DNA of 64,000 nucleotides, taken from an uncultured delta proteobacterium. GTDB lineage: Bacteria; Myxococcota; Myxococcia; Myxococcales; Anaeromyxobacteraceae. The stretch lies in contig CAWHDZ010000017.1 in NCBI GenBank assembly GCA_963828255.1, forward strand, positions 1 to 64,000, in the 5' to 3' direction. This document shows positions 51,257 to 62,329 of this stretch, piece by piece. The position numbers and the translations under genes were made by a program. Numbering within the stretch: the first letter of the stretch is position 1; the number at the start of each line of letters is the position of its first letter. The notes below the pieces were generated by a model, which saw only the letters and a list, made by a program, of their open reading frames with translations, searched no databases and was not told the origin of the DNA.

Positions 51257-51960
51257 GGGATTCCCCTTCGTGCTGCGGGTACGCTGCAACCGCTCCGGTG
51301 GTCCGGGACAAGGGGTGTGCGCGCAGGGGAGCGTCGATGGACCCGGAGTGAAGACCGGGCCGGGACATCCTGCTCCACCGGGTACTCGGATGGCGAGCAC
51401 CCCCGTTGGGGCGTCCCCTCGTCCCGGAAGTACCGCAGCATGGGTGCGCCGGAAGCCCGATGACGGCCGCCGACGTTCCTGGTCGCCGAGTGTGAATCGG
51501 GATCGACCGCCGAGGTGGCATCAGGGTTCGAAGGCGTAACCCCGCGATCAGACCTGCCCCGCCCCGCCGCCCGAGAGGTCGACAGGCAGGTGTCGGGCGG
51601 GCGCCAGAAGGCCAATCCCACACTCCCTACCATCATGGGGTGTGGGATCGGCCTTCTGTCACCTTGAGTGATTCAAAGGACAGAGGGGCGGCGGGGCAGG
51701 GCAAGTCGGAGCAGGGGAGGGATCGGAGTCCAAGTCGGTCCAGCAGGGAGCGAAAGTTGGAGTTTGGGATGGAGGAGGCCAGGGGGAGATGGAGCGGGCG
51801 GGGGTATGAGTTCCAGGCCATCGGTCTCGTTCGGATTGCGGTCACGGACAGTGAGAGGGGCGTGGAGGAGTGCGAAGAGGCGAGCACCGAGGTCTTGCCG
51901 GGAAGCGCTTCGGGAGCGCGGGTGGAGGGGAGCAAGACTGGAACCGGTGAGCATTTCCTC

Positions 51961-51995
51961 TTGACAGGTCGTACCGCGGATGTAATACGTACGGC
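51961..51995 (+). promoter_or_regulatory. Putative sigma70 promoter with an overlapping inverted repeat
   Basis: TTGACA-N16-TAATAC; GTCGTAC...GTACGGC arms. Confidence 0.5.
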
Positions 51996-52001
51996 AGCCC
52001 G

Positions 52002-52343
52002 ATGCCTGCCAAGCTCAAGACCCCCGAAGTCGACGCCTTCTCGAGCACCGAGAAGATCATGCAGACCTTCCGCATGCCGCGGGAACTCGTCACCTTCCTG
52101 AAGGAGGAGGCGACCGCCCGCGGCTCCGACCTCACCGGGCACGTGATCCGGCACCTGGACGGGCTCCGCACTTGGTTCGGCCTACCGGGAGCGGCCACGG
52201 CGCTCCTCGAGGCCGATCGCCAGGCGCTCAGAATGGGCCGCTACGAGTACCTGCTCCACCTGCTCTTCCAGCGCAGCCTGGAACTCCGCGAGAAGGGACC
52301 GGGCTTCGAGGCGCCGACCACCGGAGGGACGCGCCGCAGGTAG
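52002..52343 (+). CDS. Small putative DNA-binding protein (RHH-like)
   Basis: MQTFRMPRELVTFLKEEA beta-alpha pattern; first gene of the element core. Confidence 0.55.
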   Translation: MPAKLKTPEVDAFSSTEKIMQTFRMPRELVTFLKEEATARGSDLTGHVIRHLDGLRTWFGLPGAATALLEADRQALRMGRYEYLLHLLFQRSLELREKGPGFEAPTTGGTRRR

Positions 52344-52355
52344 CGGCGCGCCTCG

Positions 52356-53534
52356 GTGATGCCGGGCCCGGCAGGCTACGTCCGCACGGTTCGGGACGAC
52401 CGGCTCCTCGCCTACCTCGGGATCGCGCGCTACGCCTCTGCCGAGCAGATCCACCGGCTCTTCTTCGACGGCGCCAGCAAGAAGCAGACGTATCGCCGGC
52501 TCGGGAAGCTCTGCGAGCCGGGCGGACAACCGGGGGAGGGGCCCTGCCTTCGCAGGCTCGCCTACAGGCGCCGGGACGGGCTGGAAGTGCCCGTCTGGGC
52601 CCTGGCGCCGTTCGGGCGGTCCATCGCCTCACGGCAAGTGCCCTGGCTTCGGCCACCGGCCGCGACGGACATCGGGGCCAGGTTCCTGGAGCACACCCTC
52701 GTCCTCAACGACGCGCTCGTGGGGATCGTCCTGCCGCTGCGTGCGAATTCGGCGGCGCCGATGCACGACCTCCCGTTCCGCTGGCTCAGCGAGGACGACG
52801 ACTCGCTCGGCTTCCAGGTGCTCCACCCGCGGACCGGTCGATGGCTTCAGTCGGTGCTCAAGCCCGACGCCATCATGACCATCCCGGCCCGGCGGCGGCG
52901 GCTCTTCATCGAGGCGGAGACGGGAAGCCAGTCGATCGCGACGGCGCACCCCGACCGAACGGGCGCCGTGCTCTCGAAGCTCGATCGTTACCGGACTTAC
53001 CTCACCGACAAGGCATCCGACGGGTACGGCACCTGGTACCGGTCCGCCTTCCCCGACGATCACGAAGCCCGCCTCGTCTTCCTCGTTCACTCGGACGAGC
53101 GGCGGAAGAAGGTCGAGCGGGCGGTGAAGGAGCGGCTCGGCATGCTGCCGCCGAGTCAGTTTCGCGTGCTCGTCATGACCTTCGCCGAGGCCCCGAGCCT
53201 GCTCGTGCGCTACGTGCGGGAGGGTGTGGCGGAGCCGGCCAGGCCTCGCCGGGAGCGGGTGGTCCGGGTGGACGAAGCGGTGCTCGAAGAGGCGCGCAAC
53301 GGCTACAACGCGCTCACCGACGCCCTGAGGGCCTGCCGTCAGGTCATCACCGACCACAACCAGCGAGGCGGACCGCAGCTGCAACTCCCGTCCGTTACCG
53401 GCGCCGCCATCAAGGGCCTCCGGGGCTTCGTGATGACGGTCCAGGCTGCAGAGGTGGCACCGGACGAGCCCTCGCCGAGAAATGCGTCGGCGCAACCTCC
53501 CCCAGCGTCATCGGCGCCGTGGGCAAGCCGATAG
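52356..53534 (+). CDS. Replication-relaxation (Replic_Relax) family protein
   Basis: wHTH-like N-terminus, HTLVLND, KPDA, FIEAETG and KLDRY motifs. Confidence 0.75.
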   Translation: MMPGPAGYVRTVRDDRLLAYLGIARYASAEQIHRLFFDGASKKQTYRRLGKLCEPGGQPGEGPCLRRLAYRRRDGLEVPVWALAPFGRSIASRQVPWLRPPAATDIGARFLEHTLVLNDALVGIVLPLRANSAAPMHDLPFRWLSEDDDSLGFQVLHPRTGRWLQSVLKPDAIMTIPARRRRLFIEAETGSQSIATAHPDRTGAVLSKLDRYRTYLTDKASDGYGTWYRSAFPDDHEARLVFLVHSDERRKKVERAVKERLGMLPPSQFRVLVMTFAEAPSLLVRYVREGVAEPARPRRERVVRVDEAVLEEARNGYNALTDALRACRQVITDHNQRGGPQLQLPSVTGAAIKGLRGFVMTVQAAEVAPDEPSPRNASAQPPPASSAPWASR

Positions 53535-53546
53535 GCGGAGCGAACC

Positions 53547-53891
53547 ATGGACGAGACGAATCGCGACCAGGCGACGTTCGGATGGGCTGGCCAGGCCCCC
53601 GGGAAGGGCCCTCGGAGGCCCGCGCGCGCGTCGCCCGGCGTCGCCCCGGGTCTTCCGGCCTCCAGGGCCGCCAGCGAGCCGCCAAGTCAGTCCGCGCTGC
53701 CACCCGACAACGAGCTCTGGGACGTCCACGCGGCCGCGCGCTTCCTGAAGCGCAGCGTCAGCTGGGTCTACCACAAGGCCGAGGACGGGACGCTTCCGGT
53801 CCGGCGGCTCGGCGGCTGGGGCATCCGGTTTATACCCGGTGAGCTCCGCGCCTGGGTCGAGTCGGGCGGCGCGCGTCGGTCCGGTCGGTAG
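53547..53891 (+). CDS. Excisionase-like HTH (AlpA/HTH_17)
   Basis: LWDVHAAARFLKRSVSWVY...LPVRRLG..IRF; directly upstream of int. Confidence 0.8.
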   Translation: MDETNRDQATFGWAGQAPGKGPRRPARASPGVAPGLPASRAASEPPSQSALPPDNELWDVHAAARFLKRSVSWVYHKAEDGTLPVRRLGGWGIRFIPGELRAWVESGGARRSGR

Positions 53892-53926
53892 AATCGAGGA
53901 CGGACGGAGCACGCGGAGGTTCGAGA

Positions 53927-55181
<1,255 letters not shown>

Positions 55182-55195
55182 AAATCAACGATGCT

Positions 55196-55267
55196 TGGGC
55201 GGAGCAGGTTTCGAACCTGCGACCCTCGCCTTGTAAGGGCGACGCTCTACCCCTGAGCTATCCGCCC
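55196..55267 (-). tRNA. trnV: tRNA-Val (TAC), CCA not encoded
   Basis: GGGCGGATAGCTCAG...CTTACAA...GGTTCGAAACC cloverleaf. Confidence 0.95.
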
Positions 55268-55405
55268 CCGAGGCGGTGGAGCGGTCGGGGTTCTAGCTTG
55301 GCAGGATGCCGGTGTCAATGATCGGCGGACGACCCAAGCGCCCGGTCCTTCCGGGGATTAAATGAATGGTTTCGCGCCGTACGAAGGGGTAGAGGACCGC
55401 TGGGA

Positions 55406-58099
55406 ATGAGCTGGAAGAAGGGGCAGAAGCTCGTCCACCGGGCCCAGCCCGCGTGGGGCGTGGGCATCGTGCTGGAGGTGGGCGAGGACGCCCGCCGCCT
55501 CGCCGTGCGCTTCGCCGGCCGCGAGGGGGTGACGGTGGTCTCCGGGCGGGACAAGGCCCTCATCGCCGTCCCCGACGAGACTCCGCTCGATCAGCCGGCC
55601 GGCGGCCTCCTCGACCGGCTCACCTCGGGCGACGCCGGCCCCGCCAGCGCCTTCGCGCTGCGAACCCGCGTCGTCCGGCTCGAGGCCATGCGCCGCGCCG
55701 ACAGCCTGGGCGCGCTCCTCTCCTCCCGCGTCCACGTCCTGCCGCACCAGGTCGGCGCCGCCGGCCGCATCCTCGCCGACCGGACCCCGCGCTTCGTTCT
55801 GGCCGACGAGGTCGGTCTCGGCAAGACCATCGAGGCCGGCCTGGTCTACGCCGGCCTGCGCCAGCTCGGCCTCGCCGACCGGGTGCTGGTCGTCGTGCCC
55901 GAGCACCTCGCCTTCCAGTGGATGGCCGAGCTCTTCCACAAGTTCAACGCGCTCTTCACGCTCCTCTCCCCCGACCGCGTCGTCGCGCTGGGCGGCCCGG
56001 AGGCCGCGCTCGCGCAGTCGAAGCTCGCCATCCTCTCCCAGGAGCAGCTCGCCTCGGACCCGGCCGTCGCCGCCGCGGCCGCCGCGCTGGCCTTCGACCT
56101 CGTCATCGTGGACGAGGCCCACCACCTGGCCGATGACCGGCTCTTCGAGGCGGTGGCGCCGCTGGCCCGTTCCTCCTTCGGCCTGCTGCTGCTCACCGCC
56201 ACGCCGGTCCGGCTCGATCCGCGCGAGTACTTCCGCCTGCTCTCCCTCGTCGAGACCGTGCCCACCACCACGCTCGAGGACTTCCTGGCCCGGCTCGAGT
56301 CGCACGAGGCCTACGCCGCGGTGGCCCGCGACCTGCTCGCGGGCGGCAAGGTCGAGGACGGGCTCTCCCGGCTGCGAAAGCTCTCCCCCGACGATGAGGC
56401 CTTCGTCGCCCCGGCCGGCAAGAAGAAGGGGCCGTCGCGGGCCGCGCTCCTCGAGCACCTGGCCAGCCGTTACGGCCTCTCCTCGCGCCTCGTCCGGAAC
56501 CGGCGCGTCAAGGTGGGAGCGTTCACCCGGCGTGTGCTGCGTCGCCAGGACGTTCCGGAGGGCGGCAAGATCGAGGCGGCCGCGGCGCTGTGCGGCCGGC
56601 TGGCCCGCGACGGGGAGAAGGTCCTGGTCTTCGGCGGCGACCTGGACCGGCTGCGGGAGCTCCAGGCACGCATCGCCTCGGCGGAGAAGCTCGAGGCCCT
56701 CCTCTACGACGACGCGCCCAGCCTGGAGGCCCGCGACCGGCTGGTGGCCCGCTTCCGCGATCGGGAGGGGCCCATGCTGCTCCTCTCCGGCGAGTCGGGC
56801 GGCGAGGGGCGCAACTTCCAGTTCGCCTCGCACCTCATCTGCCTCGATCTTCCCGACTCCCCGCTCACGCTCGAGCAGCGCATCGGCCGGCTCGACCGGC
56901 TGGGCCAGGCGCGCCCGGTCGAGATCCACGTCCTGCCCGAGCCCGGGGAGGAGGCCTTCCTGGCCGACCTCTACGAGAAGGAGATCGGCATCTTCGACGA
57001 GCCGGTGGGCGGCCTCGACGCCGTGCTGGCCTCGGTGCCGGAGGAACTCACGGCCTTGCGGACCCGGCGCACCGAGAAGGCGCGGCAGGCCTTCAGGAAG
57101 GGGATCGCGGCGCGCGTCGCCGAGGGGCGGCGCGCCCAGCACGAGGGGTACGACCCCCTGCTCGACGTGCGTTCGGCGTCGATCCCGGAGCTGACCGCGC
57201 TGGTCTCGGCTGCCTTCGCGCGGATGGGCGAGGATCCTCCCGAGGACGGGGAGGAGATCGGCGCCTCGCTCTCGACCCTCTCCCGCTGGCTGGAGGAGGA
57301 GCTGGAGGAGCTGGTCGTCGAGGCCGGGCGTCGCGTGGGCATGGACGTGGACACCGACGAGAACGTCCACCCCTTCGAGTCGGCCTTCACCTTCGGGTCC
57401 AGCATGCGCATCGAGGCCCTGCCCGGCATGGAGATGCCGGAGGAGGAGCGCACCCTGCTGGGCAGCTTCTGGCGCGAGACCGCGGTGGTCCGCGAGGAGC
57501 TGGAGTGGTTCGCCACCGGCCACCGGCTCGCCGAGGCGCTGCTCGAGCTGGCCCGCGACGGCGAGGCGGGCCGCACGGCATTCCTGCAGTCCCGCGCCGC
57601 CCCCCGCAGCGGCGGCCTCTACCTGCGCTGGAAGCTTCGCTGGTCGTCGCCGGCCGACCTGGCGCCGGGCGCGCGGGTCCCCTCCCGGCAGGCTTCGCGC
57701 TACCTCGACGAGTCGCCGCTGTCGGTGCTCGTGGACATGGGCGGCGCCCACGCCATCGTCGATGGCGGGGCCGGACGGCTCGAGGAGTCGATCGACCGGG
57801 CCCGCGACGCCAAGGGCGCGCCCCCGCCCGGTGACGTCCTCGGGCCGGCCGCGGAGGCGGCGGAGGAGGCCGCGCGCGCCGAGCTGTCCCGCCGCGTTGC
57901 ACGCGCGGTGAAGAAGCTGGCTTCCCATGCCGAGGCCGAGGAGGAGCGGCTGGTCTCGGCCGCGCTGCAGGGCGGCGCGTCCCGGCAGTCCGTGGAGCGT
58001 GCGCTCGTCGCGGTGCTCCTGCACCGGGAGCTGGTCGAGGAGGCGCTCGGCAAGGTGGCCCTCGAGCTCGACGCCGCCGCGGTGGTCCTCCCGGGGTAG
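55406..58099 (+). CDS. rapA: RapA/HepA-like SNF2 helicase
   Basis: LPHQ, LADEVGLGKT, DEAH, TATP, EGRNFQF and EQRIGRLDR motifs. Confidence 0.88.
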   Translation: MSWKKGQKLVHRAQPAWGVGIVLEVGEDARRLAVRFAGREGVTVVSGRDKALIAVPDETPLDQPAGGLLDRLTSGDAGPASAFALRTRVVRLEAMRRADSLGALLSSRVHVLPHQVGAAGRILADRTPRFVLADEVGLGKTIEAGLVYAGLRQLGLADRVLVVVPEHLAFQWMAELFHKFNALFTLLSPDRVVALGGPEAALAQSKLAILSQEQLASDPAVAAAAAALAFDLVIVDEAHHLADDRLFEAVAPLARSSFGLLLLTATPVRLDPREYFRLLSLVETVPTTTLEDFLARLESHEAYAAVARDLLAGGKVEDGLSRLRKLSPDDEAFVAPAGKKKGPSRAALLEHLASRYGLSSRLVRNRRVKVGAFTRRVLRRQDVPEGGKIEAAAALCGRLARDGEKVLVFGGDLDRLRELQARIASAEKLEALLYDDAPSLEARDRLVARFRDREGPMLLLSGESGGEGRNFQFASHLICLDLPDSPLTLEQRIGRLDRLGQARPVEIHVLPEPGEEAFLADLYEKEIGIFDEPVGGLDAVLASVPEELTALRTRRTEKARQAFRKGIAARVAEGRRAQHEGYDPLLDVRSASIPELTALVSAAFARMGEDPPEDGEEIGASLSTLSRWLEEELEELVVEAGRRVGMDVDTDENVHPFESAFTFGSSMRIEALPGMEMPEEERTLLGSFWRETAVVREELEWFATGHRLAEALLELARDGEAGRTAFLQSRAAPRSGGLYLRWKLRWSSPADLAPGARVPSRQASRYLDESPLSVLVDMGGAHAIVDGGAGRLEESIDRARDAKGAPPPGDVLGPAAEAAEEAARAELSRRVARAVKKLASHAEAEEERLVSAALQGGASRQSVERALVAVLLHRELVEEALGKVALELDAAAVVLPG

Positions 58100-58109
58100 G
58101 TTGCCCGCC

Positions 58110-59516
58110 ATGCCGACGCCGCCCCGCGCCTACCTTCCCGATCTCCTCGTCGCCGGAGGAAGGGTGCACGAGGGGGCAGCCCTGTCGGTGTCCGGCGGCG
58201 CCGTGGTCGCGGTGGGGGAGCCCGCTCCGGGCTTCGCGCCGGTGCGCCTCCCCGGCAAGGCCCTCCTCCCTGGCCTGGTCTCGGCCCACGGCCACTCCTT
58301 CCAGCGGGCCATCCGGGGACGCACCCAGGTGAGACACGCCGGCCGGAGCGACTTCTGGTCGTGGCGCAAGGCCATGTACCGCGCCGCCACCCGGCTCGAT
58401 CCGGAGGACGTGTACGCGGTGGCCCGCATGGCCTTCCACGAGGCGGCGCGCGCCGGGATCACGGCGGTGGGCGAGTTTCACTACCTGTCACGAGATCCGG
58501 CGGGGCGGCGCTACGACGACTCCGAGCTGCTGGCCCGCCAGGTGATCCGCGCGGCCCGTGAGGTGGGGTTGCGCATCGTGCTCCTGCGAACCGGCTACGC
58601 CCGCGGCGGGGCGGGGATCGCCGCCGCGCCGGAGCAACTCCGCTTCGTGGACGGGTCGCCGGACGAGGTGGTGGAGAGCGCCATCCGCCTCTCCGCCCTC
58701 TCCGGGCGCGACCCGGCCGTCACCGTCGGCCTGGCCCCCCACAGCGTCCGGGCCTGCCCGGCGGAGTGGATCGGGACACTGGCCTCGGAGGCCCGCCGCC
58801 GCGGCTGGCCGCTCCACGTCCACGTCGCCGAGCAGCCGGCCGAGGTGGAGCAGTGCCGCGCCGAGCACGGCCTCACCCCGGTGGAGCTGCTCGGGAACCT
58901 TGGCGCCCTCGGCCCGGGAACCACTGCGGTCCACGCCATCCACCTCACCCCCGCCGACGTGGAGGCGCTGGGGCGCAGCGGGACCACGGTCTGCGCCTGC
59001 CCCACCACCGAGCGCGACCTGGGCGACGGGGTGGTCCCCGCCGACGCGTTGCTGCGGGCCGGCGCCGGGATCGCGCTGGGCACCGACTCGTTCGTGCAGG
59101 TGGACCTCCTCGAGGAGGCCCGGGCGCTGGAGGGCAACCTGCGCCTGTTTCACCGGGAGCGTGGGTTGCTCGCGACCGCAGGAGGAGACGGGCGGATCGA
59201 CGCGCTCGCCGCCCGGCTGTACGGGTTCGCCTCGGCGGGAGGGATGCGCTCGCTCGCCCTTCCGGGCGGGACGCTGGCGACGGGCGAGCCGGCCGACTTC
59301 GTGGCCCTCGACCTCGGCGACCCGTCGATCGCCGGCGCCTCCGCGGAGGCCCTCCTGCCGACCGTCCTCTTCTCCGCGGCCCGCACCGCGGTGATGGACG
59401 TCGTGGTGGCGGGGGAGCCGGTGATCCTCGAGGGCGCCCCGCCGGCCGGGCGACCCTCGACGTCCGAGGTGGTGTCGGATTTCCAGCGCACCATGAAGAA
59501 GCTGTGGGGAGGATGA
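58110..59516 (+). CDS. hutF: Formimidoylglutamate deiminase
   Basis: HGHSFQR, FWSWR..MY, EFHY, APHS, HVAEQ and CPTTERDLGDG motifs. Confidence 0.92.
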   Translation: MPTPPRAYLPDLLVAGGRVHEGAALSVSGGAVVAVGEPAPGFAPVRLPGKALLPGLVSAHGHSFQRAIRGRTQVRHAGRSDFWSWRKAMYRAATRLDPEDVYAVARMAFHEAARAGITAVGEFHYLSRDPAGRRYDDSELLARQVIRAAREVGLRIVLLRTGYARGGAGIAAAPEQLRFVDGSPDEVVESAIRLSALSGRDPAVTVGLAPHSVRACPAEWIGTLASEARRRGWPLHVHVAEQPAEVEQCRAEHGLTPVELLGNLGALGPGTTAVHAIHLTPADVEALGRSGTTVCACPTTERDLGDGVVPADALLRAGAGIALGTDSFVQVDLLEEARALEGNLRLFHRERGLLATAGGDGRIDALAARLYGFASAGGMRSLALPGGTLATGEPADFVALDLGDPSIAGASAEALLPTVLFSAARTAVMDVVVAGEPVILEGAPPAGRPSTSEVVSDFQRTMKKLWGG

Positions 59517-59517
59517 G

Positions 59518-60636
59518 ATGGACATCGTGGAAACGCTGCAGCAGCTCGTCGCCATCGACTCGACCTCGTCGCGGACGAACCTCCCGGTCCTCGACTGGCT
59601 CGAGCCGCGCGTCCGGCACCTGGGCTTCGAGACCCGCCGGATGACCTGGCTCGATGCGGAAGGCGTCGAGAAGGGCAACCTCATCGGCCGGCTCGGCCCC
59701 GACGAGCCGGGGGGGCTGGCGCTCGTCGGGCACACCGACTGCGTCCCGTTCGACCCCGACTGGGGCGAGGCCCTCTCCGGCACGGTGCGCGACGGAAAGC
59801 TCTTCGGCCGAGGATTGGCCGACACCAAGGGCTCCATCGCGGCCATGCTCCTGGCTGCATCCCGCGTCCGCCCGGCCCGCGCCCCGCTCTGGCTCCTCTT
59901 CACGGCCGACGAGGAGGTGGGGTGCCAGGGAGCCAAGGCGCTCGCGCACGAGGGGCGGATCCGCCCGGCCAGGGCCATCATCGGCGAGCCCACCCGGCTC
60001 GTCCCGGTGCGCGCCCACAAGGGCTACTGCGCGGTGGACGTGACCGTCACGGGGGTCGAGGGGCACAGCGCCTTCCCGGACGTGGGGGCCTCGGCCATCC
60101 ACGCGGCGGTGCGGCTCGTCACCGAGATCGAGCGCATCCAGGCCCGGCTCGCCGCCGAGCACTCCGACCCGGTCTTCTCACCCCCGCACACCACCTTCAA
60201 CGTGGGGATCATCCGAGGCGGCAAGGCCCGCAACGTGCTCGCCGGGGAGTGCTTCTTCACGCTGGAGTGGCGGCCCCTGCCGGCCCAGCCGCCCGAGAAG
60301 GCGCTCGAGATGGTGGACGCCGCGGCCCGCGCGCTCGAGGAGGCGGGCCGGGGCAAGCTCCAGATCACCCGCACGCCGCTGCGGGTCGATCCGGCCGGCG
60401 TGACCTCCCCCGACGCCGAGGTGGTTCGCTTCCTCGAGGGCGAGAGCGGGAACGGCAGCACCGCCATCCCCTTCGGGACCGAGCTTCCCGAGCTCATCCA
60501 CCTGGGCGCGGAGGCCTGCGTGTTCGGTCCGGGCGACATCCGGGTGGCCCACCGCACCGGCGAGTTCGTCCCGCTTCCCGAGTTGCACCAGGCCGCAGAG
60601 ATCTACGGCCGGGCCATCGCCCGTTTCTGCGCCTGA
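59518..60636 (+). CDS. argE: Acetylornithine deacetylase (M20)
   Basis: GHTDCVP, DTKG, DEEVG, GEPT and AH motifs. Confidence 0.9.
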   Translation: MDIVETLQQLVAIDSTSSRTNLPVLDWLEPRVRHLGFETRRMTWLDAEGVEKGNLIGRLGPDEPGGLALVGHTDCVPFDPDWGEALSGTVRDGKLFGRGLADTKGSIAAMLLAASRVRPARAPLWLLFTADEEVGCQGAKALAHEGRIRPARAIIGEPTRLVPVRAHKGYCAVDVTVTGVEGHSAFPDVGASAIHAAVRLVTEIERIQARLAAEHSDPVFSPPHTTFNVGIIRGGKARNVLAGECFFTLEWRPLPAQPPEKALEMVDAAARALEEAGRGKLQITRTPLRVDPAGVTSPDAEVVRFLEGESGNGSTAIPFGTELPELIHLGAEACVFGPGDIRVAHRTGEFVPLPELHQAAEIYGRAIARFCA

Positions 60637-60659
60637 GCCGATCGGCTAGGATTCCCTTC

Positions 60660-61442
60660 GTGGCCCTTCACTTCTGGAAATACCACGGCCTGGGGAACGA
60701 CTTCGTCGTGGTCGAGGGCGGCGCGCCCATGGCGCCCGGGCGAGCCGTGGCCATCTGCGACCGGCACCGCGGCATCGGCGCCGACGGCGTGCTCGGCGTC
60801 CTGCCGGCCCGTGACGGCGGCGCCGCCCGCATGCACATCTTCAACCCGGACGGCTCGGTGGCCGCCATGTGCGGCAACGGGATCCGCTGCGTCGCGCGCC
60901 ACCTGGCCGAGACCCGCGCGCTCGACGGCGAGATCGTCATCGAGACCGATTCCGGGCCGCGCACCTGCACCGTCCACCGCGGTCCGGCCGGGGTGGACTC
61001 GGTCACCGTGGAGATGGGGCGCGCCCGCATCGAGGGGACCCAGGAGTTCGTGGTCGGCGTCGAGCGGGTGCGCACGCTCCGCGTCTCCATGGGAAACCCG
61101 CACGCCGTGATCCTGGACGGACCCGACGCGGCCCGTGCCGGCGTCCTGGGTCCCGCCATCGAGGCCCTGGTGCCGGGCGGCGTGAACGTCGGGTTCGGCC
61201 AGGCCGCCGGGTCTTCCGTGGACCTCGTGGTCTGGGAGCGGGGCGCCGGTCTCACCGAGGCCTGCGGCACGGGCGCCTGCGCCGCGGCGGTGGCCGCGCT
61301 GCACGAGGGGCGCCTCGACGGATCCGGCCCGGTGACGGTGTGCCTCCCCGGGGGCGCGCTCGAGATCACGGTCGGCCCCGATCTCGCCGTGCGCATGAAG
61401 GGGCCGGCGGAGAAGGTTTTCGAGGGGGAGACGGAGTTGTAG
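60660..61442 (+). CDS. dapF: Diaminopimelate epimerase
   Basis: KYHGLGNDF, MCGNG, MGNPH and ERGAG.TEACGTG motifs. Confidence 0.95.
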   Translation: MALHFWKYHGLGNDFVVVEGGAPMAPGRAVAICDRHRGIGADGVLGVLPARDGGAARMHIFNPDGSVAAMCGNGIRCVARHLAETRALDGEIVIETDSGPRTCTVHRGPAGVDSVTVEMGRARIEGTQEFVVGVERVRTLRVSMGNPHAVILDGPDAARAGVLGPAIEALVPGGVNVGFGQAAGSSVDLVVWERGAGLTEACGTGACAAAVAALHEGRLDGSGPVTVCLPGGALEITVGPDLAVRMKGPAEKVFEGETEL

Positions 61443-61466
61443 GCAACAGCCGCGAAGGCGGCGCAG

Positions 61467-61790
61467 TCAGTGCGTCAACCTCCACAGCATGGCGAGTACG
61501 CGGTCGCAGAAACCCAGCGTCCTCGCGGTGGCGTCAGCTCCCAGGTACCCGAACGCCTCCGCCACCCGCAGGCAGGCGACCACCTCGTCCGCGCTGCCCG
61601 CGGCGACGCGAAACAGGTGGAGGCGGTCCTTCCCTTTGCGCCGGCTGCCCTCGCTCACGTTCAGCGGAACGGACGCTGCGGCGCGGCGGAGCTGTCTCGC
61701 GAGGTCCGGGTCTCGCCGGTCCAGATTCGCAAGCGGCCCCTCGAGCGACCGGGCCATCTCGAGAGCGACCTCGAACGCGTGAAATGTCAT
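61467..61790 (-). CDS. Four-helix-bundle protein (23S rRNA IVS protein/bAvd-like)
   Basis: [19 protein letters not shown]...[14 protein letters not shown] after AAGGAG. Confidence 0.9.
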
Positions 61791-61797
61791 CTGCGGC

Positions 61798-61921
61798 TCC
61801 TTTCGGGTGGGGTTTGCCCCATCCGGCGCAGGACCCGTGACAGCCCGACGCGGGATCCACCCTCGAACGACCGCGGGCTGGCGCGGGGCGTGCGCCACCG
61901 AGGCAACCCCACCCGAAAGGA
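61798..61921. repeat. 20-bp inverted repeat (one bulge) enclosing ~83 nt in the leader of the four-helix-bundle gene
   Basis: TCCTTTCGGGTGGGGTTTGCC (61798-61818) and GGCAACCCCACCCGAAAGGA (61902-61921). Confidence 0.9.
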
Positions 61922-61923
61922 CC

Positions 61924-62091
61924 GAGTCGGAGTCGGAGTCGGAGTCGGAGTCGGAGTCGGAGTCGGAGTCGGAGTCGGAGTCGGAGTCGGAGTCGGAGTC
62001 GGAGTCGGAGTCGGAGTCGGAGTCGGAGTCGGAGTCGGAGTCGGAGTCGGAGTCGGAGTCGGAGTCGGAGTCGGAGTCGGAGTCGGAGTCG
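61924..62091. repeat. Perfect microsatellite (GAGTCG)28
   Basis: Counted directly: 168 bp. Confidence 0.97.
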
Positions 62092-62140
62092 GAAAAAATC
62101 AACTAATAGTGACACGCGTTCGCTGAACGGGCATCCATCT

Positions 62141-62320
62141 CCGAACCCGAACCCGAACCCGAACCCGAACCCGAACCCGAACCCGAACCCGAACCCGAAC
62201 CCGAACCCGAACCCGAACCCGAACCCGAACCCGAACCCGAACCCGAACCCGAACCCGAACCCGAACCCGAACCCGAACCCGAACCCGAACCCGAACCCGA
62301 ACCCGAACCCGAACCCGAAC
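62141..62320. repeat. Perfect microsatellite (CCGAAC)30
   Basis: Counted directly: 180 bp. Confidence 0.97.
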
Positions 62321-62329
62321 CCGCCCCGT

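Noticed and set aside
61467..61790. Diversity-generating retroelement (Avd-like gene)
   Set aside because: No reverse transcriptase or TR/VR pair in the window.
61791..62320. Poly-SD, GS, ES, RL or GV repeat proteins (e.g. an SD-repeat adhesin)
   Set aside because: These arise from translating stop-free, codon-invariant microsatellites; the four-helix-bundle gene has its own RBS and ATG at 61790.
61924..62320. CRISPR array
   Set aside because: No spacers, 6-bp units and no cas genes.
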